Both the position numbers and the translations under genes were made by a program. Source: Patescibacteria group bacterium (GTDB lineage Bacteria > Patescibacteriota > Patescibacteriia > 2-01-FULL-39-33). Taken from it: 32,000 nucleotides of DNA. The notes under the pieces are model-generated. The model did not search any database. It had not been told where the DNA came from and saw nothing but the letters and a program-made list of their open reading frames with translations. The stretch covers positions 150,001-182,000 of the forward strand of contig JBAZRV010000002.1 of NCBI GenBank assembly GCA_041662745.1, given 5' to 3'. Of the stretch, positions 22,137 to 30,702 are shown in pieces (the stretch's first letter is position 1; each line of letters starts with the position of its first letter).

Positions 22137-22174
22137 ATCATCAGTTTGTTACTTTTAATTCATAATCAAATCAT

Positions 22175-22582
22175 ATGGACTGCATCTTTTGTAAAATCAT
22201 TGCCGGAGAAATTCCCTCGGCCAAAGTTTACGAGGACGATAATTTTTTGGCTTTTCTGGATATCGCCCCGGTCAATCCGGGACATACTTTGATTATTCCC
22301 AAGACCCACCGCGAAACATTGCTGGACCTGCCGGCCGCTGATGCTTGTCGGCTTTTGGGCTTAGTGCAAAAGATTGCGCCGGCGGTTTTGTCGGCGACCG
22401 GAACCAAGGCCTTCAATTTGATGCTTAATAACGGTCCGGCGTCGGGCCAAGTTGTCGGTCATGCGCATTTTCATATCGTGCCTCGGTTTGAAGGCGACGG
22501 CTTGAAACTTTGGCCGGGCCGGGAAGATGAGCCGGGCCGGCAACAGGAATTAGCGGAAAAAATTAAAACGCAAATAAGTTAA
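22175..22582 (+). CDS. HIT family protein
   Basis: CIFCKII, and the histidine triad GHAHFHIVPR. Confidence 0.9.
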   Translation: MDCIFCKIIAGEIPSAKVYEDDNFLAFLDIAPVNPGHTLIIPKTHRETLLDLPAADACRLLGLVQKIAPAVLSATGTKAFNLMLNNGPASGQVVGHAHFHIVPRFEGDGLKLWPGREDEPGRQQELAEKIKTQIS

Positions 22583-22592
22583 GACAAAAGAA

Positions 22593-22620
22593 AAAAGACG
22601 GATTAATTTCCGTCTTTTGA
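22593..22620 (+). terminator. Rho-independent terminator
   Basis: aaaagacgga-ttaatt-tccgtctttt. Confidence 0.75.
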
Positions 22621-22685
22621 GTTAAAAAAAGAAAGCCCGCACAATGTCGTACAGGATTTACTGTAGAAATTGTGCGGGTTATTGT

Positions 22686-22936
22686 TTATGCTTTTACGCC
22701 AGCAAACCATACTTCTTTGCCATTATACTCTCCGACATTAAGGTTGACAACCATACCGCGAAATGGATTGTTAGTGTCTACCTTAAGAAATCTTTCGCCG
22801 TTAATTCTTAGCCCGAAGTAGGCGCTACGATACCAGTCATCTCCTCCTTTCCAAAGCAGAGCGTCAGATAATTTTCACGAGCGGAATAAAAAATGTGGCC
22901 ATGATTTTCAGCGGTCGCGACTTTTACGCCATTTTT
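22686..22936 (-). pseudogene. Possible frameshifted gene remnant or small ORF
   Basis: My translation gives two adjacent open frames that read coherently when joined: ..NGVKVATAENHGHIFYSARENYLTLCFGK / GGDDWYRSAYFGLRINGERFLKVDTNNPFRGMVVNLNVGEYNGKEVWFAGVKA*. A strong AAGGAGGAG-ATG (ATG at 22840..22838) is 1 nt out of frame with the 3' ORF. A terminator-like hairpin lies at 22634..22678. Confidence 0.3.
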
Positions 22937-22969
22937 CTAGAAAAGTGGCAGAAAGAAAAGTATTAGATT

Positions 22970-23004
22970 ATAACCTGGATTCCTGGTCAAGCCAGGAATG
23001 ACAA
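22970..23004. repeat. Hairpin repeat copy 2 (intergenic)
   Basis: ataacctggattcctg-gtcaagc-caggaatgacaa. A degenerate third unit follows (ccagga...ttccgggatgacaaa, ~23019..23054). Confidence 0.75.
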
Positions 23005-23055
23005 AAATAACAGAGATCCAGGATAATTTGATTACAAATTTCCGGGATGACAAAT

Positions 23056-23090
23056 AGAAAAGAAAAACACCATCCTATTCGGGACGGTGT
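23056..23090 (-). terminator. Rho-independent terminator (minus strand) after the REC-like gene
   Basis: On the minus strand, acaccgtcc-cgaata-ggatggtgt followed by a T-rich run. Confidence 0.6.
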
Positions 23091-23101
23091 TTAGTTGTTC
23101 T

Positions 23102-23533
23102 TTATTTTGGCTCTTCGGTTTCGGTCTGGGTTTCCTGCAGGCATTCCAGCGCATTGAGCAACGACGATGAGCCGTTGATTTTGTCAACTACGCAGACAAT
23201 GCCGTATTGGTATAGCTGCTCATCGTCAAAAAAGTAACTGTAATTGCGCCAAGTCAGGGCGATTACCGGCGGCAGGGTCAGGCCTTGTTCCCGCCATTTT
23301 GCCAGGAGTTTCAAACCGCTCAAGGCTCCCGGGCCATTGCTCAGTTCATCTAATGGCATTTCGGGTTCAATAACGATGGCATCAAAGCCATCCCTGGCTA
23401 ATATCTCTCCGGCTTTTTCCAGTTCGGTTCGGGACATATCGCTGGCGTGTACGATGTAACCGGCATCATTAAGCTCTCGCTTCAGCGCCGATCGGGCTTC
23501 ATTGTCAAATTCTATCAAAAGCAACCTGTTCAT
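23102..23533 (-). CDS. Stand-alone receiver (CheY-like) domain protein lacking the canonical phospho-acceptor Asp (pseudo-receiver)
   Basis: 143 aa with a REC-like layout. LLLIEFDNE replaces the acidic DD pocket, and AIVIEPEMP replaces the ..D..MP acceptor site (Glu where Asp is expected). No output domain. Confidence 0.55.
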   Translation of the reverse strand: MNRLLLIEFDNEARSALKRELNDAGYIVHASDMSRTELEKAGEILARDGFDAIVIEPEMPLDELSNGPGALSGLKLLAKWREQGLTLPPVIALTWRNYSYFFDDEQLYQYGIVCVVDKINGSSSLLNALECLQETQTETEEPK

Positions 23534-23571
23534 AGTGTTTTCCCTTATCGGTTTAAGATCATTGACCTGTT

Positions 23572-24108
23572 TTAAAACGATTGGCCTCTTTTGAAGCGTG
23601 GAATTCTACGGTCGTAGGGAAGGGGGATGATCGGTATGCCGGCCGCTTCAAGCATAATCTTACTGACGCGGTGCTTTTCCGCCCAAGTCGCCTGATAGCC
23701 GGGGTCGCCGAGCGAGTCCCAGTCCTGATCAATATAAATTGCAGCGATGCCGCTTCCGACAATCACTTTGGCGCATTCGGAACAGGGCAGGCCGTTGGTA
23801 AAAAGATGGCAACCCCGCAAAGATCGGCCGAGGCGGGCGGCGGTGCAAATAGCGTTAACTTCAGCATGAATAATCCAAAGGTATTTTTCCGGGCGTTCCA
23901 GCATGGCCGGAGTAATATTTACACCGCGAGGAAAAAGATTGCAACCGACAGAAACTATCCTTTTTTTAATATCAGCCGGAAAAAGACATCTGCTAAAATT
24001 AAAATCAGGCTGGAGTATGACTGCCCCGATATGCGTATTCGGGTCATTGCTGTTAGCCGCGCATAAATACATGGTATCCATGATAAAATCAATTCCCGTT
24101 TCAGACAT
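23572..24108 (-). CDS. dCMP / cytidine deaminase family zinc enzyme (ComEB-like)
   Basis: HAEVNAI and PCSECAKVI zinc-binding motifs. The start ATG 24108 is preceded by GAAGAGCGGAAAAGAAAA. The ORF-track alternative start is 24147. Confidence 0.7.
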   Translation of the reverse strand: MSETGIDFIMDTMYLCAANSNDPNTHIGAVILQPDFNFSRCLFPADIKKRIVSVGCNLFPRGVNITPAMLERPEKYLWIIHAEVNAICTAARLGRSLRGCHLFTNGLPCSECAKVIVGSGIAAIYIDQDWDSLGDPGYQATWAEKHRVSKIMLEAAGIPIIPLPYDRRIPRFKRGQSF

Positions 24109-24277
24109 TTTTCTTTTCCGCTCTTCTAACCCCGCTGATTGCAACATCTGTGTTTCTCCCTTTTGATCAGTTTTTTGCTGTTTTAAGGTTCCTTGATCAT
24201 CCTATGATAACTCAAAAACCGCCGTTTGTCAAGAGTGGCGGTTTATTCTATGTTTTTATGGATTTTTATTAGACTTA

Positions 24278-25606
24278 CTATTGGATGGCCAGTTTATAAA
24301 TGCCTGCCTGTTCGTCGGCCGGGCTACTGAAATAAAGATTGTTGCCGGCGCGATCAAGTTGGATAAAATTAGCGGGAGCCTCAGCTATTGTGATAATATT
24401 GCGCAATTCGCGGTTATCCAGTTCAATGACCTTTAATTGTCCTTCGGTGGCGAAAAAAATGTAACGTCCGGTCGGATGCCAAGCGGCGGCGGTAACGGGC
24501 TGGCCCAGCCGGGTAATCAGTTCGGGCTCGTCCTTGGCGCTGTTATAAATGGCTAATTCAAAATCGTTATAGATCAGGGCGGAATCATCGGCCAGGAAAT
24601 CAAAGGATTTGGCTTTCAGGCTGGCGGTTTTGGCTTTACCGGCCAAATCAATTACTCGCAACTCGCCACTGAGCCGGTTGAAAAGATATAAGCGATTGCC
24701 TTTGATCGTCTCAATTCGGCAGGCGTCGCAATTTATAGTTGTTATGACGTTGGTGTCGGCGTTAACCGGGGTGCCTCGGCTTAGAACGGAATTTCTGAAG
24801 GTATAAAGATTCTGCCCGTCAAAGTAGAAATCGGCAGTAATGTTTTTTAATATTTGTTTGGCGGTTAAATTGGAAACGTCAATTTGCCATAAACCAGCTT
24901 TGTCGTTGGCATAAAGCGTATCGGAATTTTTGTCCCATTTAACGGCCGAATAACTTTTTATCGGCAATTTATCGTATTTTTTTAAAAAAGCGTCTATAAG
25001 GAAATAGGTCTTAGCGTTGCTTTTTACGCCTTCGGCGATCAGATAACGCCCGGTCGGGGAGTAACTGGTTAATTTAACTTCATTGTAGTCGGTGATTTGG
25101 GCGATTATCTCCAGTGAGCCGCCGGACAATTCTCCGAACAATCCCGAATTGACGTCAATAATGCCGATTGATCCGTCCATTTGGCTGAAGGCGGCAATAT
25201 TTTTATCGGGTGAAATGAGCCAGGAAGAAGCGCTGGTGGTGGTGTTTAATTTTTCCGCCACGGACTTTTTCCAGAGGATTATTTTTTCGGCGAAAGTGGT
25301 ATTGTTTTCCGTAATCGGCAGTTTTTTCTGCCAATCCAAATAACCCTCTTTAGCCAGTTTTATTTCATAATCGCCGGGCATCAAATATTGGATTTTGGCC
25401 GGCGTTTGCCTGCTTTGCGCTTGGCCGTTAAGGTAGATGCCGGCGCCACGAGGGACAGAGGTGATGCGCAGGATGCCAGTTTTCTGTACTCGGCCCTTGC
25501 TGAAATTATAACGATAACCGGCCGTATAAGCGATAATCAGTGGTGTAACAACCAGGAAAATTATGATGAAGGAAATGTAGGTTAGGCGACGGTATAATAA
25601 GGTCAT
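24278..25606 (-). CDS. PEGA domain membrane-anchored protein with a C-terminal beta-propeller-like region
   Basis: TM (ISFIIIFLVVTPLIIAY), then PEGA-like ITSVPRGAGIYLNGQ...PGDYEIKLAKEGYLDW, then repeated beta-strand-rich segments. The ORF-track start 25783 overlaps murA. ATG 25606 (MTLLYRR), 1 nt after the murA stop codon, is preferred. Confidence 0.65.
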   Translation of the reverse strand: MTLLYRRLTYISFIIIFLVVTPLIIAYTAGYRYNFSKGRVQKTGILRITSVPRGAGIYLNGQAQSRQTPAKIQYLMPGDYEIKLAKEGYLDWQKKLPITENNTTFAEKIILWKKSVAEKLNTTTSASSWLISPDKNIAAFSQMDGSIGIIDVNSGLFGELSGGSLEIIAQITDYNEVKLTSYSPTGRYLIAEGVKSNAKTYFLIDAFLKKYDKLPIKSYSAVKWDKNSDTLYANDKAGLWQIDVSNLTAKQILKNITADFYFDGQNLYTFRNSVLSRGTPVNADTNVITTINCDACRIETIKGNRLYLFNRLSGELRVIDLAGKAKTASLKAKSFDFLADDSALIYNDFELAIYNSAKDEPELITRLGQPVTAAAWHPTGRYIFFATEGQLKVIELDNRELRNIITIAEAPANFIQLDRAGNNLYFSSPADEQAGIYKLAIQ

Positions 25607-25607
25607 A

Positions 25608-26861
25608 CTACTCTTTAACTTTTTCAATTTTGGCTCCCAAGGCCCGCAAGCGTCCGATGGGGTTTTGATATCCTCGTTCAATTTGGTAGATGTTGTCAAT
25701 CGTAGTCTTGCCTTGGGCGGCCAAACCGGCCAACACCAAGGCCATGCCGGCGCGCAAATCCGGCGATTCCAGTTTTTTGCCATGCAAAGTCGTCGGCCCG
25801 GAAACGATCACTCGGTGCGGATCGCACATAATGATATTGGCTCCCATGGCATTAAGCTTGTCGGTATAAAACAGCCGGCCTTCATAAATAATCTCATGGA
25901 TTAAAGCCAAACCCTCGGCCTGGGTCATTAAGACGGTAAAGGGCGCTTGCAGATCAGTGGGAAAACCGGGGTATTCATGAGTGCGTAATTCTATCGCTTT
26001 TAATTTGTTGCGTTTCGTTTTGACATAGTTTTCTCCAACTTCCAATTTGGCCCCGGCTTTTTTCAGTATGGCCAAAACCACTTCCAAGTGTTTGGGTTCG
26101 CAATCGGCGACGGTAATTTCACTGCCGGTTAAAAGCCCCATAATGATGAAAGTTCCCGCTTCAATGCGATCGGGGATTAATCGGCATTTGCCGCCGCTTA
26201 ATTTTTCTACGCCTTCAATTGTAATGACGGGCGTGCCGGCGCCGGTGATTTTGGCGCCACAGGAATTAAGATAATCGGCCAAAGCCGGAATCTCCGGTTC
26301 CATGGCCGCATTGATTATTTGCGTAGCGCCTTCGGCTAAGGTCGCGGTCATCATTAGGGATTCCGTAGCGGTAACGGCCACCCAAGGCATGACGATTTTA
26401 GCGCCGATTAATTTTTTGGCGTGTAAGGTATAGTGGTTTTCATTCTCCTCAATCTTTGCTCCCAGCGCTTTGAAGCCCGCCAAAAACATATCAATCGGAC
26501 GTTTGCCGATGACACAGCCCCCGGGATGAGCCATGGTAACTTGGCCGAAACGCGCCAAAAGCGGTCCGGCCAACATCACTGAGGATCTGAGGCGTTTGAC
26601 CAGTTCGGCTGACGGTTCTGATTTATTGACGTCTGACGGATCAATCAATACGCGTCCCTCGCTTCGTTCAACCTTGGCGCCGATATCTTCAAGAAGTTCC
26701 AGCATGTGCGATACGTCTTCAATCGCCGGCACATTGCTGATCTCGCAGGGCTCGGAAGAGAGAATGCTGGCCGCCAAGATTTTACCTACTTGATTTTTGG
26801 CGCCGGTGACGCTAATTTCGCCGGACAGTTTATGCCCGCCTTCAATAATATATCTTTCCAT
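25608..26861 (-). CDS. murA: UDP-N-acetylglucosamine 1-carboxyvinyltransferase
   Basis: 417 aa. It has ISVTGAKN and the active-site region HPGGCVIGKRPID, and reads as a full-length MurA. Confidence 0.93.
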   Translation of the reverse strand: MERYIIEGGHKLSGEISVTGAKNQVGKILAASILSSEPCEISNVPAIEDVSHMLELLEDIGAKVERSEGRVLIDPSDVNKSEPSAELVKRLRSSVMLAGPLLARFGQVTMAHPGGCVIGKRPIDMFLAGFKALGAKIEENENHYTLHAKKLIGAKIVMPWVAVTATESLMMTATLAEGATQIINAAMEPEIPALADYLNSCGAKITGAGTPVITIEGVEKLSGGKCRLIPDRIEAGTFIIMGLLTGSEITVADCEPKHLEVVLAILKKAGAKLEVGENYVKTKRNKLKAIELRTHEYPGFPTDLQAPFTVLMTQAEGLALIHEIIYEGRLFYTDKLNAMGANIIMCDPHRVIVSGPTTLHGKKLESPDLRAGMALVLAGLAAQGKTTIDNIYQIERGYQNPIGRLRALGAKIEKVKE

Positions 26862-26982
26862 AAAATTAAGTGTTTATTGGTTTAAATATACCATTATTAA
26901 GCGTTTAAAGCAAATATTGCAGTTTAATCTTTTATTTTTTTTGTTTAAATTTAGATGTTATTTATTGTTCAGCTGATATTTC

Positions 26983-27025
26983 TGTGGATAAATGCATTGA
27001 CAAAATAATTAATGTATGATATAAT
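26983..27025 (+). promoter_or_regulatory. Promoter of the helicase gene: TGTGGATAA, 5 nt, TTGACA, 17 nt, TATAAT
   Basis: TTGACA at 26997..27002 and TATAAT at 27020..27025. The 9-mer TGTGGATAA at 26983..26991 has the same spacing as at 10244..10286. The spacers are also similar (AAATA.TTAAT). Confidence 0.6.
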
Positions 27026-27031
27026 TATATA

Positions 27032-27237
27032 TTGAATTTATGTTTAATTTGAACGGTTTTTGACTGTTTTTAACCGGGTTTTAAATGGTTGAATTAAGCC
27101 GGTTAAGGCCAGAGTCAACCGCTCAACTGAAAGTTAGCGGCGTACCTAAAAATTGAATATTTTCCGGAGAGGAAAACTTGACGACCAAACGGTCGTTCTC
27201 TCCATTGTCGGAGAGAACTCAAGTTCCCTCATGATTA
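27032..27237 (+). promoter_or_regulatory. Long hairpin-rich 5' leader of the helicase gene (function unknown)
   Basis: ttaaccgg (27068..27075) pairs with ccggttaa (27098..27105). ccgct...agcgg also pairs. GGAGAG (27166..27171), ACGACC-aaac-GGTCGT, CTCTCC (27198..27203) and GGAGAG (27210..27215) allow mutually exclusive pairings. Confidence 0.3.
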
Positions 27238-29472
27238 ATGGAGGATAGTATATTGGTTTCTTTAGTCAATCCATCAACCCTGCCGGTGTCCGCCCATGAA
27301 GAGCGAATTATTGATTCGGTTATGGGCAATCAGGTGACTATCATCACGGCCGAGACCGGGTCGGGTAAGACCACCTTAGTGCCGCCAATGTTTTGGCGGG
27401 CCGGATTCAGGGTGGCATGCACTCAGCCAAGACGTTTAGCCGCTCGCTCTATTGCGAGCCATACAGCGCAACAGGAGGGGTGCATCTTCGGCGGACCAAT
27501 CGGTTATCGCACCGGCTTTGAACGAAATTTTTCTGCCGAAACTCGGTTGCTGTACACCACCGACGGCACTGAGCTGGTTCGGGAGATTGTCTCGGACTGG
27601 CAACCCGAAATTTTGATTATTGACGAAGTCCATGAATGGGGCGTGGAGACCGAGGCCTTGGTGGCCTGGGCCAAAAAGCGCCTGAAGGAAGGAGCGAGCT
27701 TCCGCTTGATCGTCATGTCGGCGACACTGGAAGCCGAGCGTTTGTCGCAGTATTTTGACAATGCGCCGGTGATAAGTGTTGAGGGCAGGTTGTTTTCTGT
27801 GGAAGAAAGATCCATGAGTACCGGATCAGTTGAAGATGAAGTGGCCCAGGCAGTCGCCAAGGGCCGTAATATTCTGGTGTTTCAACCCGGGAAAAAGGAG
27901 ATTGTTGATTGCATTGATCGGTTGAAGGCGATGCAAGCGGAGGCGGTGATTTTACCGCTCCACGGCGATCTCTCGCCGGAAGAACAAGATTTAGTATTTA
28001 GGGACTATGATCTGCCCAAGATTATCGTGGCGACCAACGTGGCTGAGACCTCGGTTACGGTTCCGGATATTGACTTGGTGATTGACACGCAACTGGAAAA
28101 GCGTGTTGAAACCAAGGATGGCGTAGAAGGGCTTTATGTGTGTCGGATTTCCAAGGCACAAGCCAAGCAACGCATGGGACGAGCCGGCCGTTGTAAGGAG
28201 GGAACCTACATCAATTGCTACGGCGGCTGGGAAGGTCAGGAAGATTTCCCCAAAGCGGAAATTGAGCGGGTTCGTCTGGACCAGCTCATTCTCCGATTGG
28301 CCTGCCATGGCATTAAGGTCATGGAATTGGAGTTCTTCCATCAGCCCGATAGGGCGGCCATGGCCGAATCCTATCGGACCTTGCGGATCTTGGGCGCGGT
28401 AACGCTTGAGGGCGAGGCGACGTCGCTGGGTAAATTAATATCCCGGTGGCCGGTCTCGGTGAACTACGCCAAGACCCTGGTTTTGGCCAAGGAAGTCCGC
28501 CAATTGCCGGCTATGCGTCGCATCGTTGCCTGCTTGGAGGTAGGTGGAATCCAGTCGCGGATTAAAGACGGCTGGATGAAACTGCCTCCCTACATCGGAA
28601 GTTCCGATGCGGTCGCCCAGTATTATTGTTATCAATTGGCCGCCAAATTGCCGAAGAATCCGGAGGTGTTTGAGGAAAATGGCTTATCCTTAAAGCACTA
28701 CCGGCGCGCTCAAGAGATAGAGCGCAAACTGCAATACCTGTCCGACGATAGGGGGCAGAACGAAGCCTCCGCCATTAACGATGAACTGATGGCCGAACTT
28801 GTAGTGAGCGGCATGTTGGACAGACTCCATATGATTTCCGGTTATGGCCTCGGCGGCTCCAAGGTCAGCGATGGCCGGAAAGACGCATCGCTTTCTTACG
28901 GATTTGAACAGCGACAGCTGAGCAACCGTTCGGTTGTCTCAAATTTGTTGCCCGGCCAGTTAGTGATCGGGGAACCGATTGACATTACCATCAAAGGGAG
29001 ATACGGCTTTTCCAAAGTGCTAAAACTCCTGACGATGGCGACGTCGGTTCTGGATCCCAGAATCGTTGTGCGGCACGCTCCGCACTGTGCCGTTCTCCGG
29101 CGTTACGATTGGCGGTGGTGTTCGTCCGAGGAAAGCTTGTCATGCTCGCTGTCCTTGAGCTTGGAAGGCGCTCATTTCGAGCTGCCTGACAACAAAGAGT
29201 ATATGGGTTTTGACGAGCTCAAGGCGCTGGTCGGTTCGGGCGATGTGACCGAGGCCGAATTTGAAGAGATCTGCTACTCTGTTGCTCGGAGAATTACTGA
29301 ACCAGGGGAAGCCAAAGGGCTGCCTCAGGAAATTCTGAGTAAGATTAAGTTGCGCAGCAGATCGACGGTTGAGTTAACCGCAAATCGTTCGCGGTATGGT
29401 GTGTCGGCGCAGTCGTCGGCTCCAAGCGCCTTTGGCACCGGTTTGGCCGGCTTGCTAAAGCCGCTTGAATAG
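27238..29472 (+). CDS. DEAH-box (HrpA/HrpB-like) ATP-dependent helicase with an unassigned C-terminal region
   Basis: TAETGSGKTT (motif I), IDEVHE (II), SAT (III), QRMGRAGR (VI), and an HA2-like segment LGKLISRWPVSVNYAKTLVLA. The last ~270 aa carry no recognised motif. G+C is visibly higher than in neighbouring genes. Confidence 0.85.
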   Translation: MEDSILVSLVNPSTLPVSAHEERIIDSVMGNQVTIITAETGSGKTTLVPPMFWRAGFRVACTQPRRLAARSIASHTAQQEGCIFGGPIGYRTGFERNFSAETRLLYTTDGTELVREIVSDWQPEILIIDEVHEWGVETEALVAWAKKRLKEGASFRLIVMSATLEAERLSQYFDNAPVISVEGRLFSVEERSMSTGSVEDEVAQAVAKGRNILVFQPGKKEIVDCIDRLKAMQAEAVILPLHGDLSPEEQDLVFRDYDLPKIIVATNVAETSVTVPDIDLVIDTQLEKRVETKDGVEGLYVCRISKAQAKQRMGRAGRCKEGTYINCYGGWEGQEDFPKAEIERVRLDQLILRLACHGIKVMELEFFHQPDRAAMAESYRTLRILGAVTLEGEATSLGKLISRWPVSVNYAKTLVLAKEVRQLPAMRRIVACLEVGGIQSRIKDGWMKLPPYIGSSDAVAQYYCYQLAAKLPKNPEVFEENGLSLKHYRRAQEIERKLQYLSDDRGQNEASAINDELMAELVVSGMLDRLHMISGYGLGGSKVSDGRKDASLSYGFEQRQLSNRSVVSNLLPGQLVIGEPIDITIKGRYGFSKVLKLLTMATSVLDPRIVVRHAPHCAVLRRYDWRWCSSEESLSCSLSLSLEGAHFELPDNKEYMGFDELKALVGSGDVTEAEFEEICYSVARRITEPGEAKGLPQEILSKIKLRSRSTVELTANRSRYGVSAQSSAPSAFGTGLAGLLKPLE

Positions 29473-29488
29473 CAAACAGTACTTTCGC

Positions 29489-29524
29489 GAGGCCTGGGAA
29501 CTTTCCCCGGCCTCTTTTATTTTG
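29489..29524 (+). terminator. Rho-independent terminator
   Basis: gaggcctggg-aactttc-cccggcctc followed by ttttatttt. Confidence 0.7.
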
Positions 29525-29573
29525 GTAAAATTAGATTGAATTTAATTGGGTATAGCGGTTTTTAACTACCCCC

Positions 29574-29601
29574 TTGACATTTTTCGTCTATTTGCTATAA
29601 T
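29574..29601 (+). promoter_or_regulatory. Promoter of rplJ-rplL (TTGACA, 16 nt, TATAAT)
   Basis: TTGACA at 29574..29579 and TATAAT at 29596..29601. Confidence 0.65.
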
Positions 29602-29711
29602 TAGAACATATTCCGCAGAAAGTGGGCGGGGGAGATACAAAACCCCACTAAGTCCTGCCGAGGAGCTTGGCCTATTTTGGCTGTTTGTTGCTGCGGAAAC
29701 GCAGTTTTTTT
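29602..29711 (+). promoter_or_regulatory. rplJ leader with an intrinsic terminator/attenuator (L10-leader-like)
   Basis: ctgcg-gaaa-cgcag plus a T7 run at 29691..29711. The upstream ccgcag (29613..29618) can pair with ctgcgg (29691..29696) as an alternative helix. Its position upstream of rplJ matches known L10(L12)4 autoregulation. Confidence 0.5.
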
Positions 29712-29761
29712 GTTGTTTTATTTGATTATTGTGTCTTGATTATTGATTATTATTTATATAT

Positions 29762-30265
29762 ATGCCAAAAACCAAATCACAAAAAGCGGTTATTTTGCAG
29801 AACTTGGAAGACAAGTTGGCCAAAATGAAAGCCGCCGTTATGTTTAACTTTTCCGGCATTGAAGTCAAGGAACTTAACAAGTTACGCGAAAAATGCCGCG
29901 AGGAAGGCATTGATTACTTGGTAGCCAAGAAAACCTTATTGAAAAAGGCTTTAAATGAACAAAAATTAAAAGAAGTGGCAGAAAAAGATTTCTCGGGCGA
30001 GATCGCTACTTTATTCTCCTACGAGGATGAGGTTGCGCCGGCTAGAATCTTGGCCGCTTTTGCCAAAGATCAGGATAAAATCCAGTTTGCCGGTGGTATT
30101 TTTGAGGGCCAGTATATTGACGCCGTTAAGGTTAGGGAGCTGTCTCTGATTCCTTCCCGTCAGGTTTTATTGGGCAAGCTTGTCGGCTGTATCGCTAATC
30201 CGCTGTCCGGCATCGCCCGCGTTTTGAACGCCATTAAGGAGAGCAAAGAAAAAGAAGCTGTTTAA
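29762..30265 (+). CDS. rplJ: 50S ribosomal protein L10
   Basis: 167 aa. The sequence is L10-like (VKELNKLREKCREEGIDYLVAKKTLLKKAL) and the gene sits immediately upstream of rplL. Confidence 0.9.
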   Translation: MPKTKSQKAVILQNLEDKLAKMKAAVMFNFSGIEVKELNKLREKCREEGIDYLVAKKTLLKKALNEQKLKEVAEKDFSGEIATLFSYEDEVAPARILAAFAKDQDKIQFAGGIFEGQYIDAVKVRELSLIPSRQVLLGKLVGCIANPLSGIARVLNAIKESKEKEAV

Positions 30266-30293
30266 TTGTCAATAATAAACTAATATAAATCAT

Positions 30294-30686
30294 ATGTCTG
30301 AAGAAAAAAACATCGTCGTTCCCGAGAAGTTCAAAACCCTCGTTGAACAGATTGAAAAGTTATCCGTTATTGACTTGGCCGAATTAGTCAAAGTTTTAGA
30401 AGAGAAGTTCGGCGTTTCCGCTGCCGCTCCGGTCATGATGGCCGCCGCCGGTGCCGCTCCCGCCGCCGAGGAGAAAGACAGCTTTGATGTTGAATTGACC
30501 GCCGCCGGCGTTCAGAAGATCAACGTTATCAAGGTTGTTCGCACTATCACCAGCTTGGGCTTGAAAGAGGCCAAGGACTTGGTTGACGGCGCTCCGAAGA
30601 TGGTTAAGGAAGGCGCAAAAAAGGAAGAAGCCGAAAAGATTAAGAAAGAATTGGAAGAAGCCGGCGCTACCGTTACTTTGAAATAA
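30294..30686 (+). CDS. rplL: 50S ribosomal protein L7/L12
   Basis: 130 aa. It has an Ala-rich hinge ([18 protein letters not shown]) and the C-terminal domain [52 protein letters not shown]. Confidence 0.95.
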   Translation: MSEEKNIVVPEKFKTLVEQIEKLSVIDLAELVKVLEEKFGVSAAAPVMMAAAGAAPAAEEKDSFDVELTAAGVQKINVIKVVRTITSLGLKEAKDLVDGAPKMVKEGAKKEEAEKIKKELEEAGATVTLK

Positions 30687-30702
30687 GAATCTCTTGTTAA
30701 AA

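Noticed and set aside
25607-25783. N-terminal 59-aa extension of the PEGA protein ORF (MAKNWNRRICAPAWPWCW...)
   Set aside because: It overlaps the 3' end of murA in another frame and has implausible Trp/Cys/Pro-rich composition. ATG 25606, just after the murA stop, is the sensible start.
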